Source: a virus
Virus record (IMG/VR): IMGVR_UViG_3300046804_005798
Span: 8,884 to 72,883 of that record
Reading direction: 5' to 3' (one strand)
DNA: 64,000 nt
Made by a program: the position numbers and the translations under genes. The notes below the pieces were generated by a model. The model was given only the letters and a program-made list of their open reading frames with translations, made no database searches and was not told the DNA's origin. Numbering within the stretch: the stretch's first letter is position 1; the number at the start of each line of letters is the position of its first letter. Below are positions 18,900-28,025 of this stretch, piece after piece.

Positions 18900-19139
18900 A
18901 TGAAATTTACAGTTTATTCAAAAGACGGTTGCCCCTATTGCAGCAAAATTAAACAGGTGCTGGAGTTGGCAAATCTTGAGCACGTTGTTTATAATCTTGG
19001 CGAACACTTTGATCGCGAAGGATTTTATGCTGAATTTGGAGAGGGATCTACATTTCCGCAAGTTATCCTAAATGACCAAACTCATCTTGGGGGATGTGTA
19101 GACACTGTTCAATATCTCAAGGAACAAAATTTAGTCTAA
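18900..19139 (+). CDS. nrdC: Glutaredoxin (NrdC-like)
   Basis: YSKDGCPYC...TFPQV...LGGC motifs. Confidence 0.9.
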   Translation: MKFTVYSKDGCPYCSKIKQVLELANLEHVVYNLGEHFDREGFYAEFGEGSTFPQVILNDQTHLGGCVDTVQYLKEQNLV

Positions 19140-19498
19140 TGGAATCTACCTTTCACGAAGTTTATTTTGATGTTGAAAAGGCAATCGATCTTGCTTTCAA
19201 TGGACAATTTGTTTTAAAGTTTTATGATTATCTAAAAATTCGTGGAACACTTAAACGTGAAGTAGAAGAATTTATTAAAAGTACTACTGCAAATGAAATC
19301 AGCAATCTTGTGATGGATTTGGACGAATACCTGGAAGGTGGTTCTGATGAAATACATAAACAATTGCGAGAGGGTTATGGACATATTCCAAAACCACAAG
19401 CAAGAAAGATACGGAATTATCTTTATGCGATTCTCGAAGACGCTTGGAAATATAATTATGATAAACGGCCAGGAAGACGGAAAAAGCAAACTAAATAA
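19139..19498 (+). CDS. Conserved cyanomyophage hypothetical protein
   Basis: Likely start is the ATG at 19139 overlapping the glutaredoxin stop; LREGYGHIPKPQARKI motif. Confidence 0.7.
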   Translation: MESTFHEVYFDVEKAIDLAFNGQFVLKFYDYLKIRGTLKREVEEFIKSTTANEISNLVMDLDEYLEGGSDEIHKQLREGYGHIPKPQARKIRNYLYAILEDAWKYNYDKRPGRRKKQTK

Positions 19499-19667
19499 AT
19501 CTGAACCCGAAATTAATCGGGGAGTTGAATTACTACTTAGGAATAGGAGGAAGAGAGAGTCATCAAAACCAAAAACTTTTCAAGTGAAGTTTGGTAAAAT
19601 GATTTCTCTCTTTCGTAGAGAGTTTCATTTCTTTATAGAATTTCACTTTGATGTCAAGAAAAACTAA
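19458..19667 (+). CDS. Small basic hypothetical protein (start uncertain)
   Basis: 3' part of ORF 19338-19667 (INRGVELLLRNRR...) fills otherwise empty sequence. Confidence 0.5.
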   Translation: MINGQEDGKSKLNKSEPEINRGVELLLRNRRKRESSKPKTFQVKFGKMISLFRREFHFFIEFHFDVKKN

Positions 19668-19684
19668 CTCTCTGGAGAAGACAA

Positions 19685-19921
19685 ATGGAATCAGCATATG
19701 TAATAACATTTTCTATAATGTTCACTTTGCTATTTTTTATGGTTGGTAGTATAATAGGATGGTTAACATATATGCATTTGTTAGGAACAAGAACTCCATA
19801 TTTACATCCAGAGTTTTTTGATGAAAATGGACAAATCATACCTGATGAAGTTGTTTCTGTCAGATTTGAAGAAGGATATTTTGATGATGAAGAAGAATTT
19901 GATGAAGAAGATGATGATTAA
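19685..19921 (+). CDS. Membrane protein with acidic tail
   Basis: GGAG SD; one TM helix; HPEFFDENG motif; D/E-rich C terminus. Confidence 0.75.
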   Translation: MESAYVITFSIMFTLLFFMVGSIIGWLTYMHLLGTRTPYLHPEFFDENGQIIPDEVVSVRFEEGYFDDEEEFDEEDDD

Positions 19922-19968
19922 AAAATACAACTAAATATGTTAAATTTATACAATTGCGATTGAAATTT

Positions 19969-20544
19969 ATGACTGCGACAAAAACTAATAAAATTTCAAC
20001 TGAAAAATCAATTGAAATTCTTCCAACTAATCCATTTATATTTGAAATTTTAGAACTTGCATCAAAGCAAAGAAGTAATGAAAAGAAAGTGGAAGTTCTA
20101 AAAATTTATGATGACCCCTCCCTTAAAACTGTTTTAATTTGGAACTTTGATGAATCTATAATTACTCTTCTTCCTGAAGGGGATGTTCCTTATTCAAGCA
20201 CTAGTGAACAGACATCTTACAGCGGAACTTTAAGTTCTAAAGTTCAAGATGCAGTGTCTAAAATGGAAGAATTGGATTCAAATTCTTTAGGATCTATGGA
20301 TCAGGGCAGATCTTCAATTCGAAAAGAATATCAAATGTTTTATAATTTTGTAAAGGGTGGTAATGACGGATTGAGTTCTATTCGTAGAGAAACAATGTTC
20401 ATTAATATCCTACAAGGTCTGCATCCAAAAGAAGCAGAACTTATTTGCCTAGTGAAAGATAAAAAGCTAACAGATAAATACAAAATTAGTTTTGATAATG
20501 TAAAAGAAGCATATCCCGATATTCAGTGGGGTGGCCGTTCATGA
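19969..20544 (+). CDS. Conserved T4-like phage hypothetical protein
   Basis: LPEGDVPY...RRETMFINILQGLHPKEA motifs. Confidence 0.8.
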   Translation: MTATKTNKISTEKSIEILPTNPFIFEILELASKQRSNEKKVEVLKIYDDPSLKTVLIWNFDESIITLLPEGDVPYSSTSEQTSYSGTLSSKVQDAVSKMEELDSNSLGSMDQGRSSIRKEYQMFYNFVKGGNDGLSSIRRETMFINILQGLHPKEAELICLVKDKKLTDKYKISFDNVKEAYPDIQWGGRS

Positions 20545-20876
20545 CAGTAGTTACAGAGAAAGGAAAAAAGATGGCAGAAACTTCAAAGCGAGAAAAAAAA
20601 GTTCTGCCTCATGAGTATGGATGTGAAATTCTTCTTGAGAAAACAACTCTTGAAAAAGCTAAGGATACTTCATTTCCAAATGATGCTTATCTAGTTTGGT
20701 ATAATGAAAATAATGAAGATTTTATTGACTTGGTAAGAGGAACAAGAGTTCGAATTTTTGATATGTATTATGATCGTTTTGGTGCCAATTCAATTCAAAA
20801 AATTGATTTTGGATATGGCAGAACTAACCCAAAACTTTGGGGATATAAACAACCAGAGAAGAAGAAAAAGAAATGA
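20541..20876 (+). CDS. Conserved cyanophage hypothetical protein
   Basis: ATGA coupling; IFDMYYD...GYGRTNPKLWG. Confidence 0.75.
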   Translation: MTVVTEKGKKMAETSKREKKVLPHEYGCEILLEKTTLEKAKDTSFPNDAYLVWYNENNEDFIDLVRGTRVRIFDMYYDRFGANSIQKIDFGYGRTNPKLWGYKQPEKKKKK

Positions 20877-21091
20877 GTGAAGGATTTAAAGGGTTCACTA
20901 AATCTGCTGATGATAAAGAGTTGAGACTTTATATTAAGAACAAAGAAGTTAATAAATTAATCAAGGAATATAAAAAATTAAAAAAATATCAAAGGTCTTC
21001 TATTTTTGAAATTGAAAAACTTTCTGGACAAGAAACGAAAATAGATAAATTAATTAACCAATATGGGATAGATTCTGAAGCAATTGAATAA
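20873..21091 (+). CDS. Hypothetical protein
   Basis: Coupled on both sides; starts MSEGFKGF. Confidence 0.65.
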   Translation: MSEGFKGFTKSADDKELRLYIKNKEVNKLIKEYKKLKKYQRSSIFEIEKLSGQETKIDKLINQYGIDSEAIE

Positions 21092-21417
21092 TGGGAAAAC
21101 ATTACTTACTTAACTTGTATGGATGCTCGTTCGTTCTTTTGGACGACGAGCGTTGTCTTATTGATTTATTAGAAAACGCAGCGGTTGCTAGTGGTGCCAC
21201 TGTGGTTCAGACTATTTCAAAAAAGTTTGAACCACAAGGAGTTACTGTAATTTGTTTGCTTTCTGAAAGTCATATTAGTATTCATACTTGGCCAGAGGAA
21301 GGTAAAGCGGCAGTAGATGTTTATACCTGTGGAGATTGTAATCCAAAGATTGGATGTGACATTATCATTCAACAGTTGTATGCGACCGATCATACATTGA
21401 GTTATATTGAGAGATAA
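21091..21417 (+). CDS. speD: S-adenosylmethionine decarboxylase proenzyme
   Basis: GKH...F.PQGVT...LLSESHISIHTWPE...DVYTCG, with the E-S autocleavage site. Confidence 0.93.
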   Translation: MGKHYLLNLYGCSFVLLDDERCLIDLLENAAVASGATVVQTISKKFEPQGVTVICLLSESHISIHTWPEEGKAAVDVYTCGDCNPKIGCDIIIQQLYATDHTLSYIER

Positions 21418-21419
21418 AC

Positions 21420-21435
21420 TGTAACAAATATTACA
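21420..21435 (+). promoter_or_regulatory. NtcA-type operator TGTA-N8-TACA
   Basis: TGTAACAAATATTACA matches the GTA-N8-TAC consensus and lies just upstream of TTGTCT-N18-TATAAT (21443-21472). Confidence 0.55.
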
Positions 21436-21482
21436 AAAGTGCTTGTCTATATAGTGTAACTAGAGGTATAATAATCCTCTAA

Positions 21483-21785
21483 CGTTCATCCTATGACTAA
21501 AGCACTTTTGCTTTTAGCATGGGTTCCTTTCCTCTTTGTTTCAGCGCCACAAGCATCTAGTATCCAACAGGTTGCTGTTTCTTGTGACACCGCGATGGAA
21601 CTAATGGACATCGTTAAAAACGACGATGTAGTAAACCAAAAGATAGAGGACCGATTGTTATTAGAACTCCGAAAGGATTTCATAGTAAGGTGCTAAAACC
21701 TAATAGGACGGAAGTAAGCCGACGCGGAACGGATCGTTCATTCGCTATTCGCAAATAGCGAACGCAAACGCCGACTGAAGGAACG
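21483..21785 (+). ncRNA. Tandem glnA-motif-like (glutamine riboswitch) RNA; first unit split by an ORF
   Basis: Unit 1: CGTTCA-TCCTAT[ORF]ATAGGA-CGGAAGTAAG...GGAACG (21483-21731). Unit 2: CGTTCA-TTCGCTATT/AATAGCGAA-CGCAAACGCCGACTGAAGGAACG (21735-21785). Confidence 0.7.
21493..21696 (+). CDS. 67-aa secreted two-Cys protein nested in the RNA motif
   Basis: Signal-peptide-like N terminus and a Cys pair; ATG lies within the P2 5' strand. Confidence 0.7.
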   Translation: MTKALLLLAWVPFLFVSAPQASSIQQVAVSCDTAMELMDIVKNDDVVNQKIEDRLLLELRKDFIVRC

Positions 21786-21818
21786 CTCTTTAACCTAAAA
21801 AACTAAGGAGAAAACCTA

Positions 21819-21956
21819 ATGTCTAAAGTCGTATACAGAGGCGTAGAGTATGATACTCAAAAGCGTTTAGAGTATCAACAACAAATGATGCAACAACCTC
21901 AACAATACAACGAAACCTATCGTGGTGTTAAGTTTGTAAAGGAGGGGCACAAATGA
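21819..21956 (+). CDS. DUF4278-like 45-aa peptide
   Basis: MSKVVYRGVEYD...YNETYRGVKF, two YRGV motifs; strong AAGGAG SD; downstream of the riboswitch-like RNA. Confidence 0.8.
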   Translation: MSKVVYRGVEYDTQKRLEYQQQMMQQPQQYNETYRGVKFVKEGHK

Positions 21957-22054
21957 ATACTTACTTCGTTCGTTATCTTAAGAAAAAAGCGAAGAAGGAA
22001 AAACTCCTTCATAACGCACAACTGAATATGGCAAAGCAACCTCAAGTTGCTTAA
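21953..22054 (+). CDS. 33-aa basic peptide
   Basis: MNTYFVRYLKKKAKKEKLLHNAQLNMAKQPQVA; GGAGG SD; ATGA coupling. Confidence 0.65.
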   Translation: MNTYFVRYLKKKAKKEKLLHNAQLNMAKQPQVA

Positions 22055-22060
22055 TAAATT

Positions 22061-22099
22061 AGAGAGGGACTTGACTCCCTCTCTTTTTTTATCTATAAT
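22061..22099 (+). terminator. Terminator overlapping a sigma70 promoter
   Basis: AGAGAGGGA/TCCCTCTCT hairpin plus T-run; TTGACT (22071)-N17-TATAAT (22094). Confidence 0.8.
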
Positions 22100-22122
22100 T
22101 ACCTTTGTGAGGGTTAATCAAG

Positions 22123-22365
22123 ATGGATAAAGAAAAGCTTAAGTTAATCATCAGAAACCTTGAGTCTCTTGTCGATTGTCTTAAATCAGAAGTATATTCT
22201 GATGTAGATGCATATAAACCAGATCTTCAGTATGAAGAAGTAGCACCTTATATTGATGATTACGATGAGGTGTTCTATGATGATGAGAGTGATGAACTAG
22301 CAGATTTAATGAAAGTAAATCAAAAATACAAACTTACAAACGATGATGATGGAGATGGACTGTGA
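22123..22365 (+). CDS. Conserved acidic cyanophage protein
   Basis: MDKEKLKLIIRNLESLVDCLKSEVYSD...DYDEVF. Confidence 0.75.
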   Translation: MDKEKLKLIIRNLESLVDCLKSEVYSDVDAYKPDLQYEEVAPYIDDYDEVFYDDESDELADLMKVNQKYKLTNDDDGDGL

Positions 22366-23114
22366 AACCTATTAAAGCAAAAGACCTTCTTGAACTGGAT
22401 AAAAATCTTGAAGTAGTAATGCTTCAATGTTATCCACTTCCAGAGCAAGTAATTTATCAAGCAGGAAAATGCGACTATTCAGAAACACCAATTCATAATC
22501 AAAAAATTCCTAAACCAAGTGAATGTGGAGAATGGGTTGTTGAACGTCTTTTAAGTAATGAGAAAGGACACTGGGGACCTCTAGAACACCCTTCAATTAC
22601 TTTTTCTGTGTCTGGGTACGTTCACAACGTTGCAATGCAAGCAAGGACCCATAGAGTAGGAGTTAGTTTTGATGTTCAATCTCAACGATATACTGGAAAA
22701 AGAGTCATTAAGGTTGCTAGTGGAGAACTAAAACCAAAAGATGTATTTTATGTCCGCCCTCCAGGATTTTATACTAATCGTTATGGTAAAAAATATGATT
22801 GGACAGAAGAAGATTATGTGGATGAATTAAATTGGATTGTAGAAGGATGTAAGCGTTATGCAGTAAAATATGATAAAGGAATGTGTGAAGAACATATTCG
22901 TGATTATCTTGCTCAAGCAATTCGTCAAAACTTTGTAGTTTCTTTTAATCTTCGTTCAGTTCTGCATCTTTTAGATTTGAGAGCAAAAATGGATGCTCAG
23001 TTAGAAATTCAAGCACTTTGTGAGCAAATTGCACCTCATCTTGAAAAGTGGGCTCCACACGTTTGGAAGTATTATGAAGAGAAAAGATTACATCGTGCTC
23101 GTTTAAGTCCTTAA
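22362..23114 (+). CDS. thyX: Flavin-dependent thymidylate synthase
   Basis: GHWGPLEH, RTHR...SQRY and NLRS..H.LDLR...AQ.EI motifs; GTG start. Confidence 0.93.
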   Translation: MKPIKAKDLLELDKNLEVVMLQCYPLPEQVIYQAGKCDYSETPIHNQKIPKPSECGEWVVERLLSNEKGHWGPLEHPSITFSVSGYVHNVAMQARTHRVGVSFDVQSQRYTGKRVIKVASGELKPKDVFYVRPPGFYTNRYGKKYDWTEEDYVDELNWIVEGCKRYAVKYDKGMCEEHIRDYLAQAIRQNFVVSFNLRSVLHLLDLRAKMDAQLEIQALCEQIAPHLEKWAPHVWKYYEEKRLHRARLSP

Positions 23115-23149
23115 TACTATAAATATTGGTAGAGTAAAACTATCGTATT

Positions 23150-23860
23150 ATGGTTTCACATTACATTTATAAGATAACTAATACTCTAAATCAAAAAATT
23201 TATGTTGGAAAATCTAAAAATCCAAAAGTTAGATGGAGACAACATAAATCTCACTCTAAAAAAAGAAATACAAAATTATATTATGCTATGAGAAAATATG
23301 GTGTAGAAAATTTTACATTTGAAATTTTAGAGGAGTGTTTGGAAAGTCAAGTAAATGAAAGAGAAACACACTATGTTTCTCTTTTGGAACCATATTATAA
23401 TATGACTAATGGTGGTGATGGTGGGGGATTTTTAAACAAAAAACATGGCGATAAGTGGAAAAGTGCAATTAAACAAAGTAATTCTAAAAAAGTTGCTTGT
23501 TATGACTTGGAAGGAAATCTCATAAAAGTTTATGAAAGTTGTAGAGAAGCTTCTTATGATATTTTTGATAAAAACAGTAGAGGCATAGATGCTGTAACCA
23601 GAGGAGAATATCAAACTTATGGTGGATATCAATGGAAATCTTTTGATAAAAAACCAGATTTAAAAATTAAACCGTATAAAAGAACATCGCATAAAATTAG
23701 AAAAGTTGGAAAATATGATTTGTCTAATAATCTAATACAAGTATATGATAGTATGTCTATTGCTGCTGAAAAAAATAATGCTTCAACTTCAAAAATAACT
23801 CTAGTATGTCAAGGAAAAAGAAAAACACACTCTGGACATATTTGGAAATATATTGTATAG
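23150..23860 (+). mobile_element. Free-standing GIY-YIG homing endonuclease with two NUMOD1-like domains
   Basis: YIYKITN..N.KIYVG....RW..H; YNMTNGGDG; TATAAATA at 23118-23125. Confidence 0.9.
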
Positions 23861-23883
23861 TATCCTAAAAACTAACAAGTAAA

Positions 23884-24042
23884 ATGAAAACTTGGTGCTT
23901 AAAAGATCATTTAACCGGACATATTTTTAAAGTTATTCTTACTCAAGAAGAACTTGATAATTTTTTTCAAAAAAATCCAAATGTTAGTGAGTGTATTGAA
24001 TGCATTGAATGTGAAGATGCTCCATCACTAACACTTGAATAA
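23884..24042 (+). CDS. 52-aa hypothetical protein with CxxCxxC
   Basis: MKTWCLKDHLTGH...ECIECIECEDAPSLTLE. Confidence 0.6.
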   Translation: MKTWCLKDHLTGHIFKVILTQEELDNFFQKNPNVSECIECIECEDAPSLTLE

Positions 24043-24071
24043 ATATCCTTACATACTATGGAGGTGTAACA

Positions 24072-24320
24072 TTGGCAACATATCCAGTTTACAATAAAGT
24101 CACAGGCGAACAAAAAGAAGTTACGATGAGTGTTCATGATTGGGACCAGTGGAAAAAAGATAACGCAGAATGGGATAGAGATTGGAGTGATCCATCTACT
24201 TGTCCAAGTTCTGGGGAGTTAGGTGAAGTTTATGATAGACTGAAGAAATCTCATCCAGGATGGAATGATGTTCTACACCAAGCATCAAAGGCTCCTGGAT
24301 CAAAAGTAAAACCAATCTAA
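24072..24320 (+). CDS. Conserved FmdB-like small protein preceding phoH
   Basis: TTG start with GGAGGT SD; ATYPV...GWNDVL...PGS. Confidence 0.7.
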   Translation: MATYPVYNKVTGEQKEVTMSVHDWDQWKKDNAEWDRDWSDPSTCPSSGELGEVYDRLKKSHPGWNDVLHQASKAPGSKVKPI

Positions 24321-24326
24321 TTTTAT

Positions 24327-25088
24327 ATGGCAAGAAGAAAGAGAACATCTGACCAACCAATCGGTGTTGGTATGACTACTAGACAGATGAAGCGTAAGAA
24401 ACCAATTAGTTTTGATATAATGAGGGAGGTTGAACCTCTCACAGAAAATCAAAAAAGATTATTTGAATCTTATGACCAGAACAAACATATCGTTGCTTAT
24501 GGATGTGCTGGTACAGGTAAAACATTTATTACACTATATAATGCTTTACAAGATGTTCTTGATGAAAGAAGTCCTTACGAAAAAATTTATATCGTAAGGT
24601 CTCTTGTTGCTACTCGTGAAATTGGTTTCCTTCCTGGAGACCATGAGGATAAGTCTTCACTTTATCAGATTCCTTATAAGAACATGGTGAAGTATATGTT
24701 TGAGTTACCCGACGAAGCATCATTTGAAATGCTCTATGGAAATCTCAAAACACAAGGAACAATTAGTTTTTGGAGTACTTCTTTTATTAGGGGAACTACT
24801 CTGGACAAATCAATTATTATTGTTGATGAAATGCAAAATCTTTCATTTCACGAATTAGATTCTATTATTACTAGGGTTGGTGAAGATAGTAAAATTATGT
24901 TTTGTGGAGATGCCACACAAAGTGATTTAATTAAAACAAATGATAGAAATGGTATTATTGATTTCCTAAAAATCTTAAGAGTTATGCCATCTTTTGAACT
25001 AATTGAATTCGGTATTGAAGATGTATGTAGATCTGGTCTTGTTAAAGAATATCTAACTGCAAAATACGAATTGGGTTTAACTTTATAA
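24327..25088 (+). CDS. phoH: PhoH-family ATPase
   Basis: GCAGTGKT Walker A; IGFLPG; IIVDEMQN; GDATQSDL. Confidence 0.95.
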   Translation: MARRKRTSDQPIGVGMTTRQMKRKKPISFDIMREVEPLTENQKRLFESYDQNKHIVAYGCAGTGKTFITLYNALQDVLDERSPYEKIYIVRSLVATREIGFLPGDHEDKSSLYQIPYKNMVKYMFELPDEASFEMLYGNLKTQGTISFWSTSFIRGTTLDKSIIIVDEMQNLSFHELDSIITRVGEDSKIMFCGDATQSDLIKTNDRNGIIDFLKILRVMPSFELIEFGIEDVCRSGLVKEYLTAKYELGLTL

Positions 25089-25152
25089 CTTAACACTGGA
25101 CTAGTAATGGAAAACTCTGGCAAAAAATTACAAATCATAATAATAAACAAAA

Positions 25153-25833
25153 ATGACATTTATCCATCATAATTTTTTAGGTGATATAGAATTAGAAAAG
25201 AAAGAAACAAACGGCATTCGATTGTACAATCTTCCTGATGGTCAATGGGTGCCTTCGATTACTTCTGTTACTTCTTTTTATAATCGAGATATCTTTGTTA
25301 AGTGGAGGAAAAGAGTAGGATTAGAAGAAGCAAATCGCATTACAAAAAAAGCAACGGCAAGAGGAACTGATTTTCACCAAGTCTCTCAAGATTATCTTGA
25401 AAACAAAGAACTAAACTGGGATGATTATCAACCTCTAACAAAGTTTATGTTTCATCACGCAAAACCTTATCTTGATAAGATAAATAATATTCATGCAATT
25501 GAAAGAACTCTTTATTCAGAATACTTAGGGCTTGCTGGACGAGTTGACTGTATTGCTGAATATGAAGGAGAGTTGGCAGTTATTGACTTTAAAACTTCGG
25601 AAAAAATAAAACCAGAAGAATGGATTGAAAATTATTTTGTTCAAGAAACATTTTATGCTGCTGCATACTATGAAATGACTGGACAAGTTGTTAAAAAACT
25701 TATTACACTAATGGTAACTCCTGGTGGAGAAGTAAAAGTATTTGACAAAAGGAATAAAGGGGATTATATTAAGTTATTAGTTCGCTACATTAAAGAATTT
25801 GTACGTCACAATACTAGGCAAAATGGAGAATGA
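25153..25833 (+). CDS. PD-(D/E)xK exonuclease
   Basis: PSITSV...RGTDFH...AGRVDC...IDFKTS motifs. Confidence 0.9.
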   Translation: MTFIHHNFLGDIELEKKETNGIRLYNLPDGQWVPSITSVTSFYNRDIFVKWRKRVGLEEANRITKKATARGTDFHQVSQDYLENKELNWDDYQPLTKFMFHHAKPYLDKINNIHAIERTLYSEYLGLAGRVDCIAEYEGELAVIDFKTSEKIKPEEWIENYFVQETFYAAAYYEMTGQVVKKLITLMVTPGGEVKVFDKRNKGDYIKLLVRYIKEFVRHNTRQNGE

Positions 25834-26080
25834 ATTAGAAAAGGTACTGGAAAGTAAATTTTTTTGTCCATCAAGGTTCGCTCAAGAGATTGAGAATCTT
25901 GTTCAAATTAATGAGGATATGAGTTACATTGATGCAATCATTCATTTCTGTGAATTGAATGGTATCGATGTTGAGTCGGTTCCTAAACTTATTTCCAAAC
26001 CTCTTAAAGATAAAATTAAGTATGAAGCAATGGAACTTAATTTTCTTAAAAAAACTTCCCGAGCAAAATTAATTTTTTAA
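25823..26080 (+). CDS. gp33: Late transcription coactivator gp33
   Basis: FAQEIE...YIDAI..FCE.N.I...KLISKPLK.KIKYEA..LNFL; synteny with gp59 and gp32. Confidence 0.88.
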   Translation: MENELEKVLESKFFCPSRFAQEIENLVQINEDMSYIDAIIHFCELNGIDVESVPKLISKPLKDKIKYEAMELNFLKKTSRAKLIF

Positions 26081-26088
26081 TTTATTGA

Positions 26089-26685
26089 ATGATGCCCTTT
26101 GACTGTTATAAAACTTACATTGCATTGAAGAATCACTTTACGAAGGATTCTTATGATTACTTGAAATATTCAGGGAAAACTAGAGCATCATTAGATTCTT
26201 TCTACAAGCGTCGGGATCGTTTCTGGTTTGAAAAGGTATCCAGACAAAAAACAGATAAAGAAGTTGAAGAGTTTTTTGTTGCAAACTTTGTCTCCTGTAG
26301 TGATCCACAATCTTTATGGATTGGTGAGATTATTAAAGAGGGTGAGTCAACATACAAGCAATGGCAGAAGCGTATTCAATCTCTTTCCTATACTTTTAAA
26401 GAAGAGATTAGAAATGTCTTCACCCCAAAAAACTTTAATAGTATGTTTTTGATTCAAACGGGACGACACCCTCAAGTTTTAAAAGAACATTTGCAAAGTC
26501 GTCTTTCTTTGGAGGCAATGGTAATTCTGGATAGAATACTTGGATATAAGTCTCAGTTTGATAAAAAGTTAGATGATCCTGTTTGGAAACTAACTTCTAT
26601 GCGTATGAGTAAGTATTCACCTTTCCTACATATTGATGTATTTCGTTATAAGAAAATTTTGAAAGAAGTAGTTTTAGGAGATTGA
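26089..26685 (+). CDS. gp59: Helicase loader gp59
   Basis: YIALKNHFT...YDY.KY.GK...F.KRRDRFWFEK motifs. Confidence 0.9.
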   Translation: MMPFDCYKTYIALKNHFTKDSYDYLKYSGKTRASLDSFYKRRDRFWFEKVSRQKTDKEVEEFFVANFVSCSDPQSLWIGEIIKEGESTYKQWQKRIQSLSYTFKEEIRNVFTPKNFNSMFLIQTGRHPQVLKEHLQSRLSLEAMVILDRILGYKSQFDKKLDDPVWKLTSMRMSKYSPFLHIDVFRYKKILKEVVLGD

Positions 26686-27029
26686 TGACTTTTTTTAATT
26701 CCGAAGTTGTCCGTGCAGAGATGACAGAAATTGCTGAACTTCAGGAAATAGTTTATCGAAATGTATTTGATTTTCCTAGTATGACCAAAGAGGAAAAGAT
26801 GAATCATATTGATGTTCTTGAAAGACTTTTAGATAAACAAAAGATTCTTTATACTCGTATGAGTTTATCAGATGATCCTGAAGCAAAGAAAATGAAAGAA
26901 AGAATTTATGAATCTGCTTCTATCATGGGTCTTCCTTCTAACGTTGATATGAATATCGTCTTTAATAACATGTCAAAGATGCTTGAAGCAATGAAGGAAA
27001 GAATTGACAAAACAGGTTCAGACCTGTAG
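26682..27029 (+). CDS. DUF1825-like protein
   Basis: FFNSEVVRAE...YTRMSLSDDPEA motifs. Confidence 0.75.
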   Translation: MMTFFNSEVVRAEMTEIAELQEIVYRNVFDFPSMTKEEKMNHIDVLERLLDKQKILYTRMSLSDDPEAKKMKERIYESASIMGLPSNVDMNIVFNNMSKMLEAMKERIDKTGSDL

Positions 27030-27032
27030 AAT
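27004..27032 (+). promoter_or_regulatory. sigma70-type promoter for gp32
   Basis: TTGACA-N17-TAGAAT. Confidence 0.75.
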
Positions 27033-27077
27033 AACGAGGTATACAAAAGCCAAATCCTACTAATACGGAGAAATCTA

Positions 27078-28025
27078 ATGTCTTTCGAAAATCTCAAAAA
27101 ACAATCTAAACTGGGTTCTCTCACTTCTAAATTGGTAAAAGAAGTTGAGAAGATGAGTACAACTTCTGGAGGTGCTGATGATCGTCTTTGGAAACCAGAA
27201 ATGGATAAAACTGGTAACGGTTTCGCAGTAATCCGTTTCCTTCCTGCCCCTGAGGGTGAAGAACTTCCCTGGGCAAAAATGTACTCCCATGCCTTCCAAG
27301 GTCCTGGTGGTTGGTACATTGAAAATTCTTTGACTACTATTGGTCAGAAAGATCCTCTTGGTGAACATAATCGTGAACTGTGGAATAGTGGTTCAGAAAC
27401 AAATAAAGAAACTGTTCGTAAGCAGAAGCGTAAACTATCTTACTACAGCAATATCTACGTTGTAAAAGATCCTGCAAATCCTTCTAACGAAGGTAAAGTC
27501 TTCCTCTTCAAGTATGGTAAGAAGATCTTTGATAAGATTATGGAAGCAATGCAACCTGAGTTTGAAGATGAAACTCCCATCAATCCCTTTGACTTCTGGC
27601 AGGGTGCAAACTTCAAACTCAAAATCGTAAAGAAAGATGGGTATTGGAACTATGACAAATCTGAATTTGGTTCTATTGAACCACTACTGGATGATGACGA
27701 TGCTCTGGAAGCACTTTGGAAAAAAGAGTATTCTCTGACTGCTCTTACTGCTTCCGACCAATTCAAGTCTTATGAAGAACTTGAGCGTCGTATGAATATG
27801 GTTCTTGGTCTGAAGAATGCTTCTCCTACTCGTTCTCGTGCAGTAGTCGAGCAAGAAGATGAACTTGAAGAGTTTGCACAAACTCCCACCGTTCAAGAGC
27901 GTGTAGTGGAAGAACTTGAACAGTCTTATGCTCGTTCTAAGTCTCCTTCACTTCCCAAGATTACTTCAGAGGATGAAGATGAGGATGATGCTCTTTCTTA
28001 TTTTCAGCGTCTTGCTGAAGATTGA
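27078..28025 (+). CDS. gp32: ssDNA-binding protein gp32
   Basis: DDRLWKP..DK.GNG.AVIRFLP; GGWYIEN; YGKKIFDKI; acidic tail. Confidence 0.96.
   Translation: MSFENLKKQSKLGSLTSKLVKEVEKMSTTSGGADDRLWKPEMDKTGNGFAVIRFLPAPEGEELPWAKMYSHAFQGPGGWYIENSLTTIGQKDPLGEHNRELWNSGSETNKETVRKQKRKLSYYSNIYVVKDPANPSNEGKVFLFKYGKKIFDKIMEAMQPEFEDETPINPFDFWQGANFKLKIVKKDGYWNYDKSEFGSIEPLLDDDDALEALWKKEYSLTALTASDQFKSYEELERRMNMVLGLKNASPTRSRAVVEQEDELEEFAQTPTVQERVVEELEQSYARSKSPSLPKITSEDEDEDDALSYFQRLAED

Noticed and set aside
19685-19921. Resemblance of MESAYV... to PsbT
   Set aside because: Lacks the FFAI.FREPP motif and is much longer, with an unrelated acidic tail.
25089-25152. Possible relic of a deleted endonuclease after phoH
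   Set aside because: Only 64 nt with no recognisable motif; cannot be supported.
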